Of a DNA stretch of 64,000 bases, positions 18,660-26,248 are shown piece by piece. The notes beneath the pieces were generated by a model, which ran no database searches, had not been told where the DNA came from, and saw only the letters and a list, made by a program, of their open reading frames with translations. This stretch comes from Chitinispirillaceae bacterium (GTDB lineage: Bacteria; Fibrobacterota; Chitinivibrionia; Chitinivibrionales; Chitinispirillaceae). Position numbers and translations under genes: made by a program. The stretch covers positions 2,257-66,256 of the forward strand of contig JBKGXV010000007.1 of the NCBI GenBank assembly GCA_046546375.1, in the 5' to 3' direction. Every line of letters starts with the position of its first letter. Position 1 is the first letter of the stretch.

Positions 18660-20219
18660 ATGCGCAGATCCGAACCTGCCGGACAAAAAGTGAGAACTAC
18701 AGTTTTGCAGCTTCTGGAAAAAAGCAGCACCATCAAACTGCCCTCGATCCGTGAGCTTGCCCGGGGGTGTGAGGTCAGCATCGCCACAGCATGGAAAGAG
18801 ATCAAACGCCTCGAAAAAGAGGGAGTTCTGGTCACCAAGTGGGGGCACCAGACCAGCCCCGCAGCTTTGAAAACAAAAGAGATCCCAAAAAAAGACTCTG
18901 AATGGCCCAAATGGAAAAGTGTCAGAGAGAAACTGAAAAAAGAGATCCAAGCTGGAGTCTACCCGCCCGAAACCATGCTTCCGTCCAGAAAAATGCTTCA
19001 GGCGAAATATGGAATATCTTTTCAGACTTTAACCAAATCTCTGCAGGCCCTGGGCGCATCGGGCATTATTAATCGCAAGGGATACAGATATATCGTTTCT
19101 CCACCTAAACCCAGGCAAAGATGGCGTCCCACGATAGTGGTCATAGGAGCGGGTATACGCCCAGGTACTCCCAAAATCGAATCGGAGAGAGAAAGGGATT
19201 TCTACCATTTTTTATTGGTGGAAGCCCAGACAGCTCAAGTGAATCTGGAATTCATAACCTACGATGACTGGTCCGCACAGCCGGTATTCTATACACCCCA
19301 AGGGAAAAAAGTCCGCTATCTGTCGGAGAATGAGGATGTGCTGGGATATCTTGTTTCCTCCTGGCACATAAAAAATCTAAACGAATGTCTGATATCATTT
19401 CCCTCTTCGAAAAAACAGGTATCCGTCTGGATCGAAAACCCTTCGGGATATTCCTGCAACCAAAGGAGCGCCTGTACATTTTACAATATCGGCTATTCAC
19501 CACTTCCCGGACAACAGATGGGAGACTACCTGCTCGGACTCGGTCACAGGGAGGTGGCCTACATATCCCCGTTTCACGGCAGCACATGGTCCCAAGACCG
19601 CCTTTGCGGACTCGTGCATTCCTTTGAAAAAGCCGGTCCTGAGTACAGAGTTCACCCGTTTACTCCAGGTAACGCGGAAAGCGAATGGTCTTTCACAGAT
19701 GAGATCATTCAACAGAACGGGACAGAAGAACTTCTTGATATGAAAAAAATCACACGCAATCTGCCCATTCATTTCGAAAGCAGATGCGACAGGCTGAAAT
19801 CGGAAGGATTGAAACTGCTCCGGGATGCCCGCATTCTCGACGTTCTGAAAGAGCCGATTCACCACATTTTAGAAAATAAAGAGATTACTGCTGTTGTTGC
19901 AGCAAATGATCTGTGTGCGCTTCTGATACTCAATTTTCTCAAGTGGCTCAAAGTACCCATTCCACAACGTCTCTCCATAGCAGGATTCGACGATACTTTT
20001 GAGGGACTCGCACAAGGTCTGAGCAGCTACAGTTTCAACACCCGCTCTCTTGTGAAAGAGATGATTGAAAATGCTACATCCTCTTCTTCAGAAAGGACTT
20101 TCGGTAAAACACGCTTCTTTGAGGGAAGAGTAGTGGAAAGAGGAAGCACCGGAGTTGCAGAAAAGCACATCACTCGAAATCCCTGTACTGGATATCATAG
20201 GAATACCCCTGCTCAGTGA
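18660..20219 (+). CDS. transcriptional regulator with two tandem GntR-type wHTH domains plus a LacI/PBP1-type sugar-binding domain
   Basis: HTH1 is KLPSIRELARGCEVSIATAWKEIKRLEKEGVLV. HTH2 is MLPSRKMLQAKYGISFQTLTKSLQALGASGII. The PBP1 core reads TAVVAANDLCALLILNFLK...PQRLSIAGFDD. The gene is divergent from the GH16 gene. Confidence 0.7.
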   Translation: MRRSEPAGQKVRTTVLQLLEKSSTIKLPSIRELARGCEVSIATAWKEIKRLEKEGVLVTKWGHQTSPAALKTKEIPKKDSEWPKWKSVREKLKKEIQAGVYPPETMLPSRKMLQAKYGISFQTLTKSLQALGASGIINRKGYRYIVSPPKPRQRWRPTIVVIGAGIRPGTPKIESERERDFYHFLLVEAQTAQVNLEFITYDDWSAQPVFYTPQGKKVRYLSENEDVLGYLVSSWHIKNLNECLISFPSSKKQVSVWIENPSGYSCNQRSACTFYNIGYSPLPGQQMGDYLLGLGHREVAYISPFHGSTWSQDRLCGLVHSFEKAGPEYRVHPFTPGNAESEWSFTDEIIQQNGTEELLDMKKITRNLPIHFESRCDRLKSEGLKLLRDARILDVLKEPIHHILENKEITAVVAANDLCALLILNFLKWLKVPIPQRLSIAGFDDTFEGLAQGLSSYSFNTRSLVKEMIENATSSSSERTFGKTRFFEGRVVERGSTGVAEKHITRNPCTGYHRNTPAQ

Positions 20220-21858
20220 GAAAGAGTTGACGGTTCATGGCGAAATCCAGCTCCTTTGACTCCCTGGTGACAATGGAGTAGAAAACAGCCTGTTCCCCGC
20301 TTTTTTTGGGTCTCAGAATTCTGCCCAGCCTTTGCGCTTCCTCCTGACGGGAACCGAAAGATCCCGATATCTGGATCGCGACATTGGCGTCGGGAAGATC
20401 AATGGCGAAATTACCCACCTTGGAAAGGATCAGTACTTTTATCAATCCGTTTCTGAATCCGTTATACAGTTCATCTCTCTTTTTATTGGGGGTAGCTCCG
20501 GTAATGATGGGGGCATCGAATTCCCTGGCAAAAGATTCGAGTTGGGATATATACTGCCCTATTATGAGGATATTATCACCCGTATGCTTCTGGATGAGTT
20601 CCCCGGCCACCTTGAGTTTGTTTGGGTTTTCATACGCCAGCCGGATCTGCTGTTTTGGGGCAAGCGAAAGGTAATGAAGTTTCTCGGCTTGAGGGAGATC
20701 GATTCGTATCTCCACACATTTGGCTGTGGCGATCCAGCCCTGCCGTTCGAGATCCTTCCAGGGCACATCGAATTTCTTGGGGCCGATCAAAGTGAACACA
20801 TCATTTTCATGTCCGTCCTCCCGTATGAGAGTGGCAGTCAGTCCCAGCCTGCGCCGAGCTTGTATTTCGGCGGTGAACTTGAATATGGGAGCCGGAAGCA
20901 GATGTACTTCATCATAAATAATAAGTCCCCAGTTTTCCGAATTGAAGATGTCGAAATGCAGAAACTGATCACCTTTTTTTCTTCTGTATGTGAGAATCTG
21001 GTATGTTGCAAGGGTTACCGGCTTTACTTCCTTAAGCTCTCCGCTGTACTCGCCGATATCATCCTCAGTCAGACTCGACTTGTCCAGTATTTCCCGCTTC
21101 CACTGACGGGCTGCCGTGATATTGGTAACCAGGATGAGCGTTCTGCGCTTGAGAAGAGTCATGGCATAGATTCCCACAACGGTTTTTCCCGCACCGCAGG
21201 GAAGCACAACCACTCCACTGCCTCCGGGCGACTGGGCGTTACCGATAAAACTTTCAGCAGCCTGGCGTTGATATCCTCTGATGGAGAAAGTGTTACCCTC
21301 AGCAGTTACGTTTCTTAAAGAAATATCGTAGGGATCCCCATCCACATATCCGGCCAGATCGTGAGCAGGATAGCCCAGACTGATCAGGACCTGTTTTATG
21401 AGTCCCCGGTGCTGAGCAGAAACGCTGACACTGTTTTCATCAATCGATCTACCCACCAAAGGCTTCATCATGGGGTGGAGGCAGAGATGCTTGAGCAGGG
21501 CGGCATCAGGTGACCGCAGCATCAGTCCTTCAGGACCGCTTTCGAGCACAATTTTCCCGAAACGTCCCATGAGCTCCACAATGTCATCCACCACATTCTG
21601 AGGCAGAGGGTATTTGGAGAATTCCTCGAGTCTCTTCACCACCTCTTCACTTTCAAGCCCAAGTGATGCCGCATTCCAGAGCGAAAGTGGTGTGATGGAA
21701 TAGGTATGTATGTATTCAGGACTCTTGTCCAGGTGAGCAAACTGGCTTATGGCGTTGCGAGCCTCCACAAACAGTGAATTATTGACCTCCAGCAGAATTG
21801 TGCTGTTACTCTGGATTATGAGTGGATTCTGGGGATTGAACATGCTTTGTGAATTCAT
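20170..21858 (-). CDS. XPB/ERCC3(Ssl2)-type SF2 DNA helicase
   Basis: IRGYQRQAAESF, Walker A LPCGAGKTVVG, IIYDEVHLLPA, GLTATLIREDG and QRLGRILR are present. The N-terminal ~190 aa resemble the XPB damage-recognition region. Confidence 0.75.
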   Translation of the reverse strand: MNSQSMFNPQNPLIIQSNSTILLEVNNSLFVEARNAISQFAHLDKSPEYIHTYSITPLSLWNAASLGLESEEVVKRLEEFSKYPLPQNVVDDIVELMGRFGKIVLESGPEGLMLRSPDAALLKHLCLHPMMKPLVGRSIDENSVSVSAQHRGLIKQVLISLGYPAHDLAGYVDGDPYDISLRNVTAEGNTFSIRGYQRQAAESFIGNAQSPGGSGVVVLPCGAGKTVVGIYAMTLLKRRTLILVTNITAARQWKREILDKSSLTEDDIGEYSGELKEVKPVTLATYQILTYRRKKGDQFLHFDIFNSENWGLIIYDEVHLLPAPIFKFTAEIQARRRLGLTATLIREDGHENDVFTLIGPKKFDVPWKDLERQGWIATAKCVEIRIDLPQAEKLHYLSLAPKQQIRLAYENPNKLKVAGELIQKHTGDNILIIGQYISQLESFAREFDAPIITGATPNKKRDELYNGFRNGLIKVLILSKVGNFAIDLPDANVAIQISGSFGSRQEEAQRLGRILRPKKSGEQAVFYSIVTRESKELDFAMNRQLFLTEQGYSYDIQYRDFE

Positions 21859-22240
21859 TATCCGGTTACCGTTTTCTAGTTAGTTCAGCTCTTTTCCGTT
21901 CGCCACAATCTTCGCTACCTCAATCGCAGTCTGAAACGGTTCGGATGCCACATTCTTAAGATCAGCTTATCTGGTTTATCGTACATTACGTGCCGGATGA
22001 GCATTATTACAGCCAACCTGGGCAAAACTTATAAAATAATAATTAAGTCCGGCAAAATGAGCTTTCTTCAACATATCCGAAAAGAATAGCAAAAAAAGTG
22101 TAACTTTCCTACCAGAGCCGGCCTGCAACCGGGATTAGGGGAGCAGACCACACCCCGCGTTTATTGATTGACTCTTATCCCCCCTTGAGTTAATTTAAAA
22201 ATTTTGAATTTCGCAGATAACCATTTCTTCAGGTGAGATT

Positions 22241-23530
22241 ATGCCAAACGCAGTGATAGTGGGAACCCAGTGGGGTGATGAGGGAAAAGCCAAAGTAATC
22301 GATTACCTTACTGAAAAATCCGATCTGATCATCCGTTTTCAAGGCGGGGCCAATGCAGGACACACCGTGATAGTCGATGGTCGCAAATTCGTATTCCATC
22401 TGGTTCCCTCCGGCATAATGAACACCTCCAAGACCTGTATTGTGGGCAACGGCGTGGTGATCGATGCAGAGCAGTTTCTCAAAGAAGTCGATGAGCTGCT
22501 TCAGAACGGTATTTCCGTAGATAACCGGCTGATGATTTCAGATCTTGCTCACATGGTGCTCCCCTATCACAAAGCGCTGGACAAAGCGGTTGAGTCCAGT
22601 ATGGGACAGGGCAAGATCGGCACCACAGGCCGGGGTATAGGACCTGCATATGCTGACAAAATTACCAGAATCGGTCTTCGGATGGGTGACATTCTTGACT
22701 GGGACCTGTTTTCCCAGAAATTCAAAACCAACTTCGAAGCGAAAAAGAATCTGATAGAGACGATCTACAAGGTGCCCTTCGAGCTGGATCAGGATTCTAT
22801 CCTCGAACAGTACAAATCCATTCGTGAACGACTCATACCATTCATAAAAGATACCAGCCACCACATTTTCGAAGCCACCCGGCAGAAGAAAAACCTTCTT
22901 TTTGAAGGAGCACAGGGGACGTTTCTGGATATTGATCACGGAACCTATCCCTTCGTAACCTCCTCCAATACCATTTCTGGGTGTGCGAGTACAGGTTCCG
23001 GAATCGGCCCTTCTCATATAGATCATGTGGTTGGTATCGTGAAAACCTATACAACCCGGGTTGGAAACGGCCCCTTTCCCACCGAGCTTGAGAATGCGGC
23101 CGGCGAACAGCTTAGAAAAGCGGGGGGCGAGTTTGGCGCGACAACAGGCAGACCTCGCCGCTGCGGATGGTTCGACAGCGTCATGGTGCGCAAATCCATT
23201 CAACTCAACGGCATAACAAGACTGGCTGTAACCAAGCTTGATGTGCTCAATGATCTTGATGAAATCAGAATCTGCACCCATTACGAAATTGATGGTAAAA
23301 AGATAGACCAGTTTCCCTCCAATCACCAGCAGCTTGAAAAAGCCAAGCCGGTATATGAAACTGTTCCCGGATGGAAATGTGATATCAGCGGTTGCAAGCA
23401 GTTTTCACAACTGCCACCGAATGCTGTTGCTTATATCGACAAACTTCGGGAACTTTGTTATAATATACCTGTACTGATTGTTTCTATCGGACCGGACAGA
23501 ACACAGACCATTGAGGTAGAACCGCTCTAA
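22241..23530 (+). CDS. purA: adenylosuccinate synthase
   Basis: QWGDEGKAKVID, GGANAGHTV, GTTGRGIGPAYADK, FEGAQGTFLDIDHGTYP and TTGRPRRCGW are present. An AGGTGAG RBS precedes the start. Confidence 0.95.
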   Translation: MPNAVIVGTQWGDEGKAKVIDYLTEKSDLIIRFQGGANAGHTVIVDGRKFVFHLVPSGIMNTSKTCIVGNGVVIDAEQFLKEVDELLQNGISVDNRLMISDLAHMVLPYHKALDKAVESSMGQGKIGTTGRGIGPAYADKITRIGLRMGDILDWDLFSQKFKTNFEAKKNLIETIYKVPFELDQDSILEQYKSIRERLIPFIKDTSHHIFEATRQKKNLLFEGAQGTFLDIDHGTYPFVTSSNTISGCASTGSGIGPSHIDHVVGIVKTYTTRVGNGPFPTELENAAGEQLRKAGGEFGATTGRPRRCGWFDSVMVRKSIQLNGITRLAVTKLDVLNDLDEIRICTHYEIDGKKIDQFPSNHQQLEKAKPVYETVPGWKCDISGCKQFSQLPPNAVAYIDKLRELCYNIPVLIVSIGPDRTQTIEVEPL

Positions 23531-23638
23531 TTCGGGCGCCCTACCCAATAACCCGCAGGATTCATCGTAATTTTTATGACGGATTGATCCAATCTGTTTA
23601 TCTGTTCCTTTAGATTCATTAAGGAGAGAACGTTTCTG

Positions 23639-24208
23639 ATGATTCATGTAGAAGTAGCCAATACTTTTCTGGTCAATATGGGCAAGGAATTCGTCATTCT
23701 GCTGAAGGGTGATGGAGACGATCGCACGCTACCCATTTCTATCGGGCAGCTGGAAGCTCAATCGATTGCGATTCAGCTGAATCAGATACCCTTTCCCCGT
23801 CCGCTCACGCACGATCTGTTCAAAAATCTTCTGGGTCAGCTGGACTGCAAATTTCTCAGAACAGAAATCACTGAGCTGGCAAGTGAGACTTTCTACGCGC
23901 GGCTGGTAGTGGAAAGGGATGGGAAAAAGGTTGAAATCGATTCCAGACCCAGTGATGCCATTGCGCTCGCACTCAGATTCTCTTCTCCAATTTATGTGGA
24001 GGAAAAGGTAATGGACGAGGCAGGTATCATCATACCGGAAGAGTACAAAATCGATGAACAGCCGCCCGAACAGGTGGAAGAAGAGCTGGCTGAACTGACT
24101 CCTCTTGAAAAACTGCAGAGACAACTGAACAAAGCAGTGGAGGAGGAGCGCTATGAGGAGGCGGCATCTTTGCGTGATGAAATAGAAAAACTCACAAAAT
24201 CCAATTGA
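23639..24208 (+). CDS. bifunctional nuclease (BFN/DUF151) family protein with C-terminal UVR motif
   Basis: LPISIGQLEAQSIAIQL, RPLTHDL, FYARLVV and IDSRPSDAIALALR mark the BFN domain. The C-terminal LQRQLNKAVEEERYEEAASLRDEIEKL is UvrB/C-like. Confidence 0.8.
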   Translation: MIHVEVANTFLVNMGKEFVILLKGDGDDRTLPISIGQLEAQSIAIQLNQIPFPRPLTHDLFKNLLGQLDCKFLRTEITELASETFYARLVVERDGKKVEIDSRPSDAIALALRFSSPIYVEEKVMDEAGIIIPEEYKIDEQPPEQVEEELAELTPLEKLQRQLNKAVEEERYEEAASLRDEIEKLTKSN

Positions 24209-24357
24209 TGTTTTCAGACGATTTCAGAATAGAGGCGTTTTGTGGAACTTTCTGTCGTATGAATTATTTATTTTGAGAGGTTGATCTCGGTTCAGACCAG
24301 GGATCGATACTCAAATTATTCAGGAGTTTTACGCAAAAACAATTAGGATCTCACAGA

Positions 24358-24711
24358 ATGTACAGAAGGTTTCTCCACAGCAAAATCAGAGACGTACGGA
24401 TTACGGGTGTTAATCTGGAGTATGAGGGCAGTATCACCATTGATGAGGATTATCTGCAAAAGGCTGGCATTCTTCCCAATGAGGAAGTTCATGTGCTGAA
24501 CATGAATAACGGCAGCCGCATCACCACCTATGTGATTTCGGGTGAACGCGGTTCAGGTATAATGGAGCTTAACGGCCCCGCGGCACGATTGGGAATGGCT
24601 GGTGACCCCATTATGGTACTGACCTATGCTCTGCTGAGCCCGGAGGAAATTCCTGACCACACGCCATCCATCATAAATGTGAAAAACCAGGGCAAAGGAC
24701 GCTCCAGCTGA
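24358..24711 (+). CDS. panD: aspartate 1-decarboxylase
   Basis: MYRRFLHSKIRDVRITGVNLEYEGSITID includes the Gly-Ser self-cleavage site. NGSRITTYVI and LNGPAARL follow. Confidence 0.92.
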   Translation: MYRRFLHSKIRDVRITGVNLEYEGSITIDEDYLQKAGILPNEEVHVLNMNNGSRITTYVISGERGSGIMELNGPAARLGMAGDPIMVLTYALLSPEEIPDHTPSIINVKNQGKGRSS

Positions 24712-24736
24712 CTCTCCTCAATATCAATGAAAGCAT

Positions 24737-25147
24737 ATGCGTAACTTTTTGATGTTCACCGTTGTACTGTTGGTCATTGTAGTTTCAATGATCATAGGTA
24801 CAAAGCTTAAACCTGATATCGTTTTCACACAAAATAAGCCAATAGAAAACGAAAGTGTTCCACATATTGGCAGTATCCAGATCCTGAACGGCTGCGGAAC
24901 TGAAGGAGCAGCAAACCGTCTGGCGGATTATCTGAGGCTTAAACGGTTTGATGTAAAGGATATCGGCAATGCGACCGCTTGGAACTACCCCCGCACCATG
25001 ATCATATCCAGAACAAAAGATATGTCTCTGGCACGGGAATTGGAAAAACTGCTTCAGACGGACAAACTGGTGTTTATCCGTACTGATGAAAAATTGTATG
25101 ATGTCACAATTGTAGTAGGACCAGATTTCGAGGAAAAAATAAAGTGA
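24737..25147 (+). CDS. LytR_C (LytR/CpsA/Psr C-terminal) domain membrane protein
   Basis: An N-terminal TM segment is followed by IQILNGCGTEGAANRLADYLRLKRFDVKDIGNA...DVTIVVGPDF. Confidence 0.7.
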   Translation: MRNFLMFTVVLLVIVVSMIIGTKLKPDIVFTQNKPIENESVPHIGSIQILNGCGTEGAANRLADYLRLKRFDVKDIGNATAWNYPRTMIISRTKDMSLARELEKLLQTDKLVFIRTDEKLYDVTIVVGPDFEEKIK

Positions 25148-25515
25148 ACGACACCAATACCAAATCCCTTTCAGGACAGAAACTTGTAAATGAAGTCATC
25201 GAGAATCTGCAGGAAAAGCTGGCAGAAAAAATAGTAATTGTACAGATGCCGGAGGCACAAGGGGGGGCTGATTTTTTCATCATATGCCAGGGTGATAACA
25301 CATCGCATACGACTGCCATTGCAGAAAGCATGGTCAAAAATCTAAAACATAAACACACTGTCCCCTGGCATCAAGAGGGTTCAGATGACGGCAGATGGAT
25401 ACTCGTCGACTATACTGATGTGGTAGTGCATATAATGCTGCCCGAAATGAGAGAGTATTACAATCTGGAGTCCCTTTGGAAAGATGGAACATTCACTAAA
25501 ATAAGCAACGAATAG
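25144..25515 (+). CDS. rsfS: ribosome silencing factor RsfS (iojap-like)
   Basis: ADFFIICQGDNTSHTTAIAESM, WILVDYTDVVVHIMLPEMREYYNLESLW. Confidence 0.88.
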   Translation: MNDTNTKSLSGQKLVNEVIENLQEKLAEKIVIVQMPEAQGGADFFIICQGDNTSHTTAIAESMVKNLKHKHTVPWHQEGSDDGRWILVDYTDVVVHIMLPEMREYYNLESLWKDGTFTKISNE

Positions 25516-25531
25516 CAGCAAGATTTCAAAT

Positions 25532-26224
25532 ATGCGCATAACTGCAAGAGACTTTCTATCCAACGCTCTTGCCGAGGCAACAACTCAGCTTTTCACCCCT
25601 GAAATCTCTGATTGTCAAAAGCACCTCACTTTATATCGCACATCCAAAAGCTGTTTTGGTGACCTGTGCTCCCCGGCACCTCTCAGATTATCTTCTCTAA
25701 CCCAAAAGAGCTCAAGTTGCATCGCGACTCTTATCTCCAATACCATCCACCTGGATAATCAGTACACCAATCCGGGAATCCATCACCAAAATGGATTTCT
25801 CAATTTCTTTATCAGCAGATCATATATGTTCACAGTCCTGAACAACCTGTGTTATTACTCTTTTATGAACAGTGAAAACACAACAGACAGAACCATCACG
25901 AACTGCATTTCAGCCTTGAAAAACGCAGCTGTCCGCGGAATAACCCTCAGAGAGAAATGTGTGGATGAAGGATCGAAGATAAATAGGGATGAGCTGGAAC
26001 TTCTTCGTCTCGTTACATTATGCCATGATGATCTCTGTTCAGCTGACCCAGCCCGGTTCAAACGCAATTCAGTAAAAAAAACTCTCAAAATGTATGAAAG
26101 TTTCTACAGAAAACATCCCATATTCACAAACTCCCCCGAAACCACGCTCCTCAGACTCAAACTCACAAATGCGGTATGTATTGTAAGCCAAAAAAAGGGT
26201 TTCCTGCAACCGGGAACCCTTTAA
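25532..26224 (+). CDS. ArgRS-like protein with Arg-tRNA-synthetase N-terminal (add-1) domain plus DALR anticodon-binding domain, lacking the class I catalytic core
   Basis: The N-terminus CFGDLCSPAPLRL...NGFLNFFISRSY resembles the ArgS pattern FGDY.s..a..lak...GPGFINFFl. The C-terminus ELELLRLV...LKMYESFYRKHPIF...LLRLKL resembles DALR. No HIGH or KMSK motif is present, and the protein is only 230 aa. Confidence 0.5.
   Translation: MRITARDFLSNALAEATTQLFTPEISDCQKHLTLYRTSKSCFGDLCSPAPLRLSSLTQKSSSCIATLISNTIHLDNQYTNPGIHHQNGFLNFFISRSYMFTVLNNLCYYSFMNSENTTDRTITNCISALKNAAVRGITLREKCVDEGSKINRDELELLRLVTLCHDDLCSADPARFKRNSVKKTLKMYESFYRKHPIFTNSPETTLLRLKLTNAVCIVSQKKGFLQPGTL
26190..26219 (-). terminator. intrinsic terminator for tex, embedded in the 3' end of the convergent ORF
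   Basis: The minus-sense sequence is GGGTTCCC-GGTTGCA-GGAAACCC followed by TTTTTTT. It lies 30 nt downstream of the tex stop. Confidence 0.6.
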
Positions 26225-26248
26225 AAGATTCAATCAACAGTTTTCAAA

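Noticed and set aside
20170-20219. 50-nt convergent overlap of the regulator and XPB genes as an antisense regulatory feature.
   Set aside because: The regulator tail after the PBP1 core (...VVERGSTG) looks non-conserved, so this is probably read-through to the first available stop.
20332-21318. 328-aa + strand ORF.
   Set aside because: It is antisense to the XPB helicase gene, which carries all SF2 motifs.
21859-22240. 382-bp purA upstream region as a purine or ZTP riboswitch or other structured RNA.
   Set aside because: I could not find the conserved cores of the purine or ZTP (pfl) riboswitches by eye. Only a covariance-model scan could decide.
22538-23326. 262-aa - strand ORF.
   Set aside because: It is antisense to purA.
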